Shown in pieces: positions 40,415-52,600 of a stretch of 64,000 bases of DNA. The notes beneath the pieces were generated by a model. It was not told the origin of the DNA, ran no database searches, and saw only the letters and a program-made list of their open reading frames with translations. The DNA is taken from positions 62,001 to 126,000 of the forward strand of contig CBFFRP010000011.1 in assembly GCA_965644295.1 (NCBI GenBank), written 5' to 3'. This DNA is from Paraphysomonas bandaiensis (lineage: Eukaryota; Protista; Chrysophyceae). Position numbers and translations under genes: made by a program. Position 1 is the stretch's first letter, and every line of letters begins with the position of its first letter.

Positions 40415-41152
40415 ATGGTATCAATTGCTCAGGTGAGTAATTCTGTTATAATGCTTTATTTGTGTAATGTATTGTGCAGCCTTTCCTCGGATACAACGTC
40501 AGAGTCACCTCAGCTGCTGGCGATGACTTCTTCGTAAACTCACCATCTCTGCACGCCACTGATGTTCGAAAGCGTATCGAATGTAAATTTCCTGGTGTGG
40601 AAATTACCAAGATGAGCAATGGAACAATGGATTTGCTGTCACAGGAATCCGGGGCGATTGATGAGTCCGCCAGTGTTGAGATTGAGTATCTCCTTGCTGG
40701 TGGTGGATTTCAGGTCATCACAAAGCTTCCTGACGCTATCAATATCCACTTGTTGTGCTACAAGTGTGGATTGAAGGATTTTCCAAACTTCAAGTCCGAT
40801 TGGCTTTGTGAGGGTGTCTGTTGTTGCATTTTTAACAACTGTGGACTCAACGAATGCTTGCAATGTCAACTCTGTTGTCTTGACATCGGAAAGTTGACAT
40901 CCCCATCATTCAAGCTGAACACCTCGGTTCCGGTATGTAGAAAACTAGCCTCTGTATATATTGGTTGTGTTTATGATTTCCTAGGACTGCTGCGCTCTCA
41001 ATGTTCTTTGCGTCAAGTGCGGTTGCAAGAATCTACCGAATTTCATGTCCGAGGACTTCGTTGTCGAGAAGTGTCTGTGCTTCCACTCCGAATGTGGATT
41101 TGGCGACATGTTTAAAGACTGCCAATTATGCTGTCTTTCGCTTAAGTGTTAA
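40415..41152 (+). CDS. Putative ubiquitin-like leader fused to two Cys-rich repeats, 3 exons
   Basis: Introns 40433-40479 and 40933-40984; about 80-aa N-domain ending EYLLAGG, followed by two alignable LCxKCGxKxxPNF..CxC..CG..CQLCCL repeats. Confidence 0.7.
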
Positions 41153-41609
41153 ATTATTTTGTCGTGCTTGTACCTCACCTGTCAGTATAACAAGCACTTG
41201 GGTCATGCATCAAATGGTAGTATGGTTCATTTATGAGAAGTCGTTTCATAAAAACGGTTATAATAAGAGTCGAATTTAAAAAGTTTAGAAAATTATACCT
41301 TGGTGGTAATTGAAAGAAAGTAAAAGCTGTAGAATATTATATGTAGATTTGACATGCGGATGGTGAAAAGACTTGAGTACCTGAACGTTGAACTAAGTCA
41401 ATAATCAGTTATTAGAATTGTAACCAACATCTCTCGTCATTCATTAATTTATGTCATCTCTACTACCAATCAATATTGTCAAGATCTTAGTTAATCATGT
41501 CGCCTTAATTAATCATTCTAACAATACTCAATCATTAAAATTATAATTATAATCAATATGAGCAACATGCCTCATCCTTCGTTGATGTTCGCTAAAATTA
41601 TAACATCTC

Positions 41610-44600
41610 TATTAGAATATGGACTGTATCCTAGTATATTCAATGTGGTACTTGAAGACAATGTACGAGAATACAGTGAAGTATGGTGATGTGTAGATGC
41701 TGTTATGATATTGAGAAAACTGAAATAGTTTGCTCTTTCAAGATATGTTTAGTAGCGAAAGGTCTACAGAAGTAGTGATTTATGCATGGCACAAAACGAG
41801 CTTGTGTTGTTTAACACAATTCGTGTAAACGATATTAATAAATCTATCTAGTCTAACAACTTAATCTCTCTTTGATCTAAGTAAAATGAGCATTTCCCAA
41901 CATGGTAGCGAGCGAGGAGGAGAGAAGGAGGATAGAGGAGTAGTTCCTCAGTTCAACGAGACTAACGTTGAACAATGGATTGAGGACTTCGAGACATTCC
42001 TTATGAGGAAGGAACAAAGCGAGGTAGCGGTGGAACTGCCACCTAAGGAGAGCGACTTCGGGGAGCAGCCACTTACGTTGATGGAGGAGAAGGCGTACAG
42101 ACAGGCTGTGAAGAGGTATTGGAAGGCGAACGCCATAGCTTATTCTTACTGCAGGGATGCGGTGCAGCATTCCCCGAAAGCGCTGCGTAAATTCCATCTT
42201 ACCCACAAAGCGTTCAAGGCAGAAGGGAGTGGTGTAAACAGGTTCAAAACACATGTAATGATTGATGAGTTGAAGAAGTGTTTTGCTGGAGGGAAGCAAA
42301 ATAGGATCAGTGACCTCTTAACTCAATATGGTTCTTTCCGTATGCGTCCGGAGGAGACGGCGAAGGACTACGTACTACGGTTCGAACTACTGCTGAAGGA
42401 ACTACAGGAGCAGCAGCAGGATATCTCGGAGGTATCAAAAACAAGTCGACTACGAGAAGGCTTGCTCAATGAAGAGTATGCTCAACTGAGAGTTGGATTA
42501 TACTTGATGGATGATGATGTTAATTATGTAACTGTATCACGTAAGATAGAAGGCTATGATGATACTATGGCTGGGAAGGAAGCGTTGGAGAAGAAGCGTA
42601 AAAGAGTGGAGGAGCTGAACCTGATAGACAGTAAGAAACGATATCGCAGAGAGAGGGATCATCGTAAGAAGAACAACGGTAAGAAGAAGCCGATGAAGAA
42701 GGATACAGAGATTACAGGGCAGCGACCTGGAAGTGCCGAATATACTGGGTGCAGAAATTGTAAGTCAAAGGAACATCTTGCCATCGATTGTCCAGCATCG
42801 AAAAAGAAGTACTCGCAAAGCAAGAGCAAGGCTGTGAGGTTTCAAGATGGAAGGAAACCAGACAAAAGACTACTTACAGTTGAAAACATCAGGCGTGGAG
42901 AGCCAGCGGATTTGTCTGACGATGACGAAGCAAATATGATCGAGCAACAGGAAGAGTATCACTTGTCATGTAATGTGTATGAGACGAATATATGCAGTAG
43001 TGTGCATGAGGATATTCACTATACATACATTGATACCTGTTGTTCGTCATCAATGTTTTTGATAAATGATGTGAATATACTTGATAGTCATATGCACACA
43101 TCAAAGGTTATTAATGGTTCGAAAAAAGGGTCAGAGATATGCGTCACGAGTGTAGGTTCCCGTGGAGCATGGAAGAACATTGAGGTATCAAGTCAGATAA
43201 ATCGGTGTCTTTGTTCTGGACGGAAGTTGAACGATATGGGATATCGATTTACTGTATGGTATGGTATACAGATATATGACAGAAATACGGATGAGCTGGT
43301 GTTGGAGGGACCTATGAAGAATGGAATGACTGCTGTGCCAACACAGCAGTTATTGGAGCTTCCAGACGTATCGACATCCAGTGATTCAGAAGTAAATCTC
43401 AGTGACCGTACGGGTGAGGATGAACTGGAGCTGTTACATAGGAGAGCGGGTCATTTTAACAAGCATGCGTTGGTAGAAGCCCACAAAAGAATGCTAATTA
43501 TTGGGACTGGACTGAAACGAAAACATCTCTCGAAACGTGTTTCCAAAGAACAGTGTCTATGTGATGTATGCGCCAGGGCGAAGATCACCAGAGTAAGTTT
43601 TCGGACAAAGGATGAGGACTCCGTTCGTCCAAATTTCTCGGCCGATGTAGCAGTATACTTAAATTGTCCAGCTCGAGGAGGGGAAATATATGTGCTCAAA
43701 CTAACACACCATGCCAGTCGGATGTTCTGGTCGGAAGGGCTTGTTCATAGGACTGGGTCATCGGTACTGCAGGTTTTCAAGAAGATTTTTGAAGGAGATG
43801 TGAAAAGGTACAAATTAGAAATGCATCATTACCATGCAGATGGAGCAGGGGAGCTAATATGTGATGAGCTGCGACAATATCTTAGGTCACAGGGTTGCTA
43901 TCAACATACGTGGAGCTCTACGGACTCTCCTGAGATGAACGCGATTGAGGAGCGGAAATTCAGGACCTGTGGTGAGATGACATTAGCGATGCTGATTCAG
44001 TCAGGATTGCCTTCACAGTTTTGGCTAGATGCCTACATGGCAGCCAGGTACATATTAATTCGATTGCCTACAAAGACAGCGAAGGGGTATATGTCCCCTC
44101 TTGAATTTTTGACTGGTGAGGCTCCCAACCTGAAATATCTCAGAGTATGGGGGTGTCGTGCGTATGTCCTCACTACAAAGGCGGATCGACGGAAAGACTG
44201 GGACGACAAGGCCCTTATCGGATATCTGATAGGATATTCAGATGAAAAGGTAGGATATGATGTATATCTACCTGCGACTGATAGGGTCGTCACGTCGGTA
44301 CATGTATTAACTGATGAGTCCATACCGTCACGCTCGGAGAGCTATTTCGCTGAGATAGATGCTCTTCGAGTGAAGGAGGCCGAGAGACCGAAGATTGTGT
44401 CTGACTATGCGGGCTTAGAAGGTACATATCATATTGATGATGAGGATGGTCTTCTCTACAAGACCACGAGAGTAGTAGAACGAAAGGGGGTAATAGTAGC
44501 CTATCGATCTCTGGTAACTGCAGGTCGGAAGCATATCGAGCACCGGGTGCCGATTCACGTCGAGGACGTAGTGCGAATGACTGCAGAAACTCCCGGGAAT

Positions 44601-47063
44601 ACCGGATATATAGGAAAGGGGGACGCCCTGAGTACTATGCCAGCCAGGGTGCTGGACCAGGGAAGACCTGGAGGGTTACAGGAGAGTCCTGACCCAACCT
44701 GTCAGGAGACAGCTGTGAGGTTGCAGACCTCTGAAGACTATGAGTCTGGGGTTGTGAGCGGGGCTCCTCCCACAACGCACGATGTGCGTGCTCAGGATGA
44801 GCAAGGTACGGGTTCTTATATACCTCGTCGACCGATTGAACTAGATGGTGATGGTCGGGTCCGACGCAAACGGCTGCAGCGGAGACTGGCAAACGCGTCA
44901 GTTTTAGGAGAGATTAATATGGTTGAAGTACCGGATGCGCATAATATTGATCTTAACCATGCAGAGACAGAAGATATCAAGATACCAAATTCATATGCCG
45001 AGGCAGAGAGATCTCCACAGTATCAACAATGGAGAAAAGCTCGAATGGTGGAGAAGACATCATTGCTGAAAAGACGTGTCTTGAAGATCGTGAAAATTCC
45101 AAGCGGAGTGAAATTAGTTAGAGCGAAATATGTGCATACGGTGAAGCGAGACATACTAGGGAATATAGTAAAGTACAAGGCTCGGCTAGTGGCATTAGGA
45201 AATCTCCAAGAGAAGAAGGAGGAGGAGCCGTCCACTTTCGCTCCAGTGGTTAAGGGTATAACCATTAGACTAGTGTTAGCGATTGCGTTTATGTTACAGA
45301 TGCATGTGCATCAAATAGATGTATCATCCGCATTTTGCTATGCAGATCTGGAGGATGACGTTTATATGGCACCTCCACCAGATGAGGAATTACTAGCTGG
45401 ATGGTGTTTTCAACTAATCAAGGCATTGTATGGACTGCGATCTTCACCGCGACAGTGGAATAAACATATTGACAAGTTTATTAAATCATTGCATTTTACT
45501 CCGTGTATTTTGGATACGTGTTTGTATATGCGATGGAGTAACGGAAAACTGCATTTATTATTGATATATGTTGATGATATCATAATTGCATCCGCTGATC
45601 TGACTTACTTGGAAAGCGTAAAGCGTAGGTTCTGTGAAACATTCGAGATGCATGATCTGGGAGTGTGTAAGCGATTTCTGAACATCAGGATAACCAGAGG
45701 AGAAAATTGGTATATGTTAGATCAATCTGAGTATGCTAAGAATATTATCAAGAAATTCAGCTCAGTTATGGGAAAGAGTAGTAAGAATAAGGAGGCCCCA
45801 CTACCTACTAATGTTCAGGATCTGTTGGCAGAGGAACGTGAACTTACGGAGGAGCAGAAGCAGTGGGTTGACTCATTTCCGTATCGGCAAATTATTGGAG
45901 CAGTGTTGTATCTAGCAATGCATACTAGACCTGATCTGGCTTATGCAGTGGGGTTATTGTCTCGATTTAGTAGTTGTCCGACATATGCATCGTGCAAACT
46001 GGCGATTCACTTATTGAAATATTTGCGTGGAACAATTGATGAGGGCATCAGATTCAGTGGGAGTGAGTTCGACTTACATGTGTTCAGTGATTCAGATTGG
46101 GCTGGTGATAGACTGACTCGGCGATCGACAACAGGATACATTGTGTTCTTATGTGCAGGCGCATTGGCCTGGCAGTCTAAACTACAGACCACAGTTGCAA
46201 CTTCGAGCATGGAATCTGAATATATGGCGGAGTATGCGGCTATGCAAGAACTGGTGTGGCTTCGGGGGTGTTCAAGGAGCTCGGGCTCTTAGTTGCGAAG
46301 CCGACTCCATTCTTTATGGATAGCAAGAGTGCGAAAGATCTCTCCGAGAATCCTGTGTATCATAAGAGGTCGAAGCATATAGACATCAAGTATCACTGGG
46401 TGAGAGAGCATGTAAATGGAAAATTTCCTACGGCAAAGTTGATTCATGTGTCGACGGATGATATGGCGGCTGATATTTTCACGAAGGCATTGTCAACGAA
46501 ACTTTTCAGTCGTCATGAGAAAACTATTACCGGGGTTAAGAGAAGTGTGTCAACCAGAGTTGAGGAGCAGCAGAAGAAGCGACCCCGAAGAGGTTAAAGG
46601 TGTGTTTTAGTGGGTGAGAATCCCACATAACTATATATCTAGTTGACTGCTAGTTATATATGTATCTTGATAAGATTTCACATCTATTTTACCTATGAGA
46701 CTAGTTTATAGCATGAAGATCACTGTACTCATTGTTGTTTCGTATCACTGCATTCTACATTGAGTGGGAGTATTAGAATATGGACTGTATCCTAGTATAT
46801 TCAATGTGGTACTTGAAGACAATGTACGAGAATACAGTGAAGTATGGTGATGTGTAGATGCTGTTATGATATTGAGAAAACTGAAATAGTTTGCTCTTTC
46901 AAGATATGTTTAGTAGCGAAAGGTCTACAGAAGTAGTGATTTATGCATGGCACAAAACGAGCTTGTGTTGTTTAACACAATTCGTGTAAACGATATTAAT
47001 AAATCTATCTAGTCTAACAACTTAATCTCTCTTTGATCTAAGTAAAATGAGCATTTCCCAACA
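41610..47063 (+). mobile_element. Full-length Ty1/copia LTR retrotransposon
   Basis: 293-bp LTRs 41610-41902 and 46771-47063, identical by eye; 5-bp TSD ATCTC; PBS TGGTAGCGAGCG at 41903; PPT-like GAGTGGGAG before the 3' LTR. Confidence 0.97.
41886..46597 (+). CDS. Copia Gag-Pol polyprotein (Gag CCHC, protease, integrase, RT, RNase H), broken by a 1-nt frameshift near 46264-46268
   Basis: CRNCKSKEHLAIDC; HRRAGH..CDVC; DDE (SADV, HADG, NAIEER); KARLVA, DVSSAF, LYGL, YVDD; SDSDWAGD; MDSKSA..HIDIKYHWVRE..ADIFTK continues in the second frame. Confidence 0.92.
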
Positions 47064-48149
47064 ATCTCAACTACCATCATAGATAGACGCTTCCTTATAC
47101 AGTCTAGTTATTTTAATTTTGCTAACATTGTTCCTAGTAGTAAATGTCTAATAATTCGTATTATGTCATTAGTTCATGTAATACTGTGAACCACTACTGT
47201 ATACGTCAAGCAACTGCCAATATTCAAATACCTTAAAATGCAGCTTTAAATTGCTTACAAAGTGTAGTGAATGTTTTATTATTAGAAATATGCGTTTAGG
47301 AGTCCGAACAAATTTAGCATTGCAATTTAACTAACCAATGTCCTTGAGGTGGGCCCATTCCCGGATGCCTGTTTATCAATTTCCCAGATGATGCTAAGTT
47401 CTTTTGATCTTCTTCATCTCATCTCTCGATACTTCTCACAAATGACACCACGCTGATATTTTGTAAAGATAGCAGCAGTGTGATCACCAGTTCTAACATG
47501 ATACAGTGCAGTTGTGTTGAATGGGCCATCTGGGTCTACATGTTATCTCACCCAGTGAAACATGATCTCAATATTCTTCTAAGTCACGAGCACTTTGGCA
47601 ATCCAGTAAAAATGGGGTGGGTTCGTACAGTCGAAGTCCCAGTTTGGTTAACGCCCCCCAGCAATTAATTGATATTAATTGGTGTGATAGTTATTGGATA
47701 TCGTTCACCAATTAGGCTGGCTTAATTGTATAGCATTTTAAGCTGATAGCACTGGTCATATGTACAAACTCATTTTTAGTTTTTGTATAAAAAGACGTAC
47801 GCGCATAGTCACTGGTGTGACAGTATTAGGGTCAAAATACACTTTAACCTCAGCAAGAGAAATAACATGTCTTAGAACAAACGGAGAACCTCCACAACGA
47901 TCGTCATGATACATAGTATAAACTCACTACACCGCAGAATTGAATCTGATACACCCTTATCTCGGTACTGTATCTACTATAGCACACTCAACATGTCAAT
48001 TCCCGTTCATCCAATTCCATATCGGACTGGCTACTATTGAATTCACCACTGCTGAGGTATGCGTCGTCGATGTTATCTGTCATATTGAAAGTATAAAATT
48101 AATAGGTTTGAAATTGCTGCTCCCACGGTCACAAAGCGGTCTCACTGGT

Positions 48150-48920
48150 GCAATTATGCATACTTACGCATGAAACAGACGTCCATCAAATTCAAACTGA
48201 CTCCAACGTCTTCCCTCCATTGTGGGCACTCGTCCAACACATGTATCCACGTTTTTACTGTTCTCCCGGGTGACTTCCGATAGTAGGAAACAGAGCGCCT
48301 TCTCCTCGGATGAAAACTTACTAGAAATTCACCTGACACTGCTTGTTATAATCTCTATGTCCTGGGTCAGGAGAAACCAAGCCTAGGCAGTAGACGTGTG
48401 GTAAGACATAACAGGCCTAATCACATTGCTCCGGATTGACAGTATAACTACATCATTCAATACTGTTGCCCTTGATCATATCTGCGACATATCATCATCT
48501 CATTAATCAATACACTGCATTTCATCAGATATGAGTTCGTGTAGAGCTGTTGCGAGTCGTTTCTCGATTCTAACGCGGGTTGCAACATCGTTTTATTAGC
48601 CTCACCTTATTCTGCTACCAATAGTTCTCCAGGTAAATTATAAACCCTGCAAATTTATATTCAAAACAATTCATACTGGGTTCTCCATGAAACCTACCAA
48701 TTAACCTAGATACCAAAGCACTAGCCAAAAAACTTTGTCGGGGTCGTCGATTGGCAGTATATCCTCTTCTCGGAAATATTGCTCCACTGTTTAAAGATTG
48801 CACTGATACACACATCTTTACTTTCCACCATTTCTCGAGAGCTTCCGTGCATTAGTTTCCCTGTCATGCCTTGTCCCTGGATGCGCTTGTCTCTCCTCTT
48901 GACATAGATCAACTATAGTT
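48150..48920 (-). pseudogene. Possible degraded non-LTR retrotransposon fragment
   Basis: Stop-interrupted coding-like sequence; KTWIHVLDECPQWR resembles the ETxxHxLxxCPxW tail of LINE ORF2 zinc knuckles. Confidence 0.25.
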
Positions 48921-49681
48921 CTAATTCTTAGCCCAGTGTACAGTCCATGCTGATGAAATTGGGCAGTATCTTCCAGAAATCTGAACTACGACACGCTGCC
49001 ATGCTGTTTCTTAGAAGAAGCAACTTGCAAAACAACACGCTGTCAATTCATGATATTTCTCATTACTTATTGTCATTCACTACATTGATGTTGTCACCGC
49101 TAACAGCCAATGTTTTGCGATCTTAGATAGACATGATCTTCTACAGTCAAAATCATGCAGTTTCTCTAACCTAATACATTTAATTCTGGCATGAAGTGCT
49201 GTATTTTTCAAAAAACAGTTATAATCCAAAAGGCCTTAAAATACAGCTTTTAGTTGTTTAGAAATATTGTGAACACAACTCAAAGTGCGTTTCAATATTT
49301 GTCTGAGAAAAAGTATATGCTTGTCGTCTTGTTGTTGCTTAGTGTTTGTCGAACTTCGGTATACAAATGAGCTTATGTGATGAATGCAAAAACCTAAAAT
49401 AAAGTGTAATGCAATGTTTACAATGCAGTTGTATGTGAGGACGGACACATTTCAACGTTACTCTATTTCGGAAGGAAAATTCACTTCCCTTTTTTACAAG
49501 GTGTTTCAATTTCAATGTAATTCCAGAAGGTATTCAGAGTATTTCAGATGGTGACAAGTCAGGGCTTACCCTGCCTTTTAGGAAAAGACATTGTCTAAAG
49601 AGACATTACTGACATGAAGATTATATACACATTATAGTAAACTACATGACACCCTCATATACCACTTCAACACAGAATTCA

Positions 49682-52600
49682 TTATAATGCCGCCGAAACA
49701 AACTGTCCTGACCCAATTTTATCCAATAGAGAAGTATCAACCGGAGCGCTCTCATCAGCACTAATTTGGCTGTCATCTACAGATCCCAAAGTACTTACAG
49801 ATTCCCCAATCGACTGCTTACCACGGAATCGTTTGTCTACTTTGACTGGTCTGTTAACGGAATGTGTAGGCTTCTCTCTCACAAGTAGATGTCCCAACGC
49901 AATAGCTTCACTGTGACACAACGGTGCTTCTCCATCTTCCATTGCAGCTACAAAAACGCTGAAAGATACTGGAGCAGAGTGCCTAGAGCGGCTACCTCCC
50001 GATGTATGGGGACGCACTCTGTCCTCTCCACTCAGAGATTTAATAGGATCCATGCACCGCGGAAGAGCACGCATATACACCTAAACCAAGCCAGGTTACA
50101 TTCATGATTTCACTTTACGACAAAGTAAGACTTTATGATACCTGCAGTTTCTTTTGCAAATCCCTGTATGATCCTAAACATCCCAACCACGCTTTCAGCT
50201 CAGCAACGGTTGTTCGTGGTTCTCTGTTATCATACGTAGGACGATTAGAGCCTGTGTCATCCACGCTGCCCCAGGCGCACATAGACAACAGCGCAGATGA
50301 TTCTGAGGGGTCAATCTCGTTTATACCTAAGCGGGACAGAAGACTGAAGAACGCTGTAGGTCCAATCCAGTCACCGTGATCTAGTCCCCTCACAGGCGTT
50401 GGTCGCATCAAGAGTTCTTCTATATAATCTGCTGCATTCATGCCGCGTTGGATTGACTGGTGCATTGACTTGTATCGACAAGTCGCCAGAAGTTTATACA
50501 ACCTAAACGTATTCTGTTCAGTACAAATACTTACAAACAAGCAACTAATCAGAACTCAAGGCGACTACAAACTAAGCAGTAAAGTATCATCACCTTATAC
50601 CAGACGCTGGAACAGCCTTCAGCCACTCGTCCTCCATTAACATCTGCAGAGTGCGCAATGGAACCATTCCTCCCCCCTTGGCATCTTCACCCCGACCACT
50701 TCCAGCAGCCACCAGCTTAATCAACATACAAAACTGACAGTACATGTCTTTCCCTGCAGTCTCCTCGGGTCCACCAGTGCGGGCAATGGCACTATTTAAT
50801 AAACCTGCTTCGATAGCAAGCTCTCCAAGCATTGTGGCTACATATTCAATTGGTACAATATCTCCTCTCAGTGGCTCAATGCCGTCTTTCAGCAAAATGG
50901 AATCATAGAAATGCTGCAACCAGCGACGCATCGGCGCAGGGCCATATACAAGGCAGAGCTGCTGCAATAGATGACACGCAGTGTTCTACACAAAATCGAA
51001 TGCAATTAGCACGTAGGCGCCAGAGTAGAAGAATGCACACCTTATCAAATGTCTCCGTGATACTCGATTTTAGGCCGACATCCAGCAGACCAGATATTTC
51101 AATCACTGTTTCTCCTGCAGTTGCCTTTTCTTCAGTGCTTCTCATCGCAGCCAGAGAGCGGTTGGAAGGAACCTTCGCACATTGTGCTAATACTTGCTCC
51201 ATGTACTCTCCAGCTGTCGATTCCTCCTCTGGAAATGAATACAGTACATTCGCAGTTCCACCTAGTGTGCTCTTCAACTGCTCGGGCGACTGAGATCGGG
51301 GTCTCCACATCATAGCCTCGTGGGTCTCAGAGTGGCTCATGCTTGGAGATGAAATGTACCCGTCAGTATTCCCTAGCCCTGGAATTCGCATCTTCATATC
51401 AGACATCGGACTCAATTGGTCTAATTCAGCGCTTGACACAATACCTCCCTGATGGATACGATCAGATTTTGCAGTTGGTGACTTATTTCCCCGCGTAGGT
51501 GATGAGTATTGTTCTGAATGTCCGTCAGCGCATAAGCCAATGGAAACGCATAACATGATACCTGATCGCACATTTCCAATGCGTCCCATACTTCTTCGCC
51601 GGAACATTCTTTGAATTTTCGTCGACGCCTCATCCATCTGTCTGCTACTGACTTGGGGTGGGGGCTGCTGATTGCTCGCAATACCTGTAGTACGAGGTGA
51701 CTGCCCAGCTATACGATGTGTAGGACTACGCGGCGTCTGGGCTTTACTGGAGGGAGAACCTGGTGGTCGTGGAGATGAGAATAGGTGTTTCTGGGATACG
51801 GGGTCATTCCCTTGTTGCTGCCTAAGAGCAGTGAACACTTCCATATCCGATCTGGGGGTGTGCAAGACTCCAGCACCTCCAGGAGAAGGAGCTTGAATCA
51901 ATTCTTTTGGCTTCGAAGAACCGTAGGGTGTACCCGGGAGAGCCGGTCGTGAAATAGATAGCTTAGAGCTACTAAACAACTCCGACGCTTTTGCACCTTG
52001 CAACATATCGCTCGTCGAAGCAGGTTCAGTACTGACAAGTGAAGCTTTCTCACTGCGCTCAGATACAGGGGCAGAAGGCACAAGTGCAGGTGCGAGTTGA
52101 GCAAATTTGCCAACCAGTGCACGTTCCAACTAGATTAATTTGTTGAAATTCATGAGAAGAGAGGCTTCATGAAATACATAGAAACTTACCTGTAGCATCG
52201 GAGCTTTACCTTTGAGTTCAGGTTGCGTTAACTCAGCAACAAGAAGACGCAATGCACCCATAACCCTCTGTTCGGCCTTCATATGCTTCACAAACTCTCG
52301 TCCACGCCGACCTCTGCATATGGCCTGAATGCGTGTCGCCGCAAGATCCCTTTAGGCATAGATACAAATTAAAGCCATTCATTCAAGCGGCTCGGCACCG
52401 TACCTGATTTCTTCTTCGCTCTTTGCTTTCGCAAACTTGCCAGCTCGAAGAGCATGTCTTCGCTTTTGAAGGTCTACGGATGCGAGCGCGCGAACACGGA
52501 GAAGTTCTGCAAGTCGGTCCCTCAGCTGCACCGCCTGCTCGCAGAGTTCCATGATCTGTGCATGCCTGAGAGTATACCCTCTTGACAAAAGAAAATATAG

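Noticed and set aside
46256-46300. Programmed -1 ribosomal frameshift in pol
   Set aside because: No X XXY YYZ slippery heptamer and it falls mid-RNase H; a 1-bp deletion or homopolymer error is simpler
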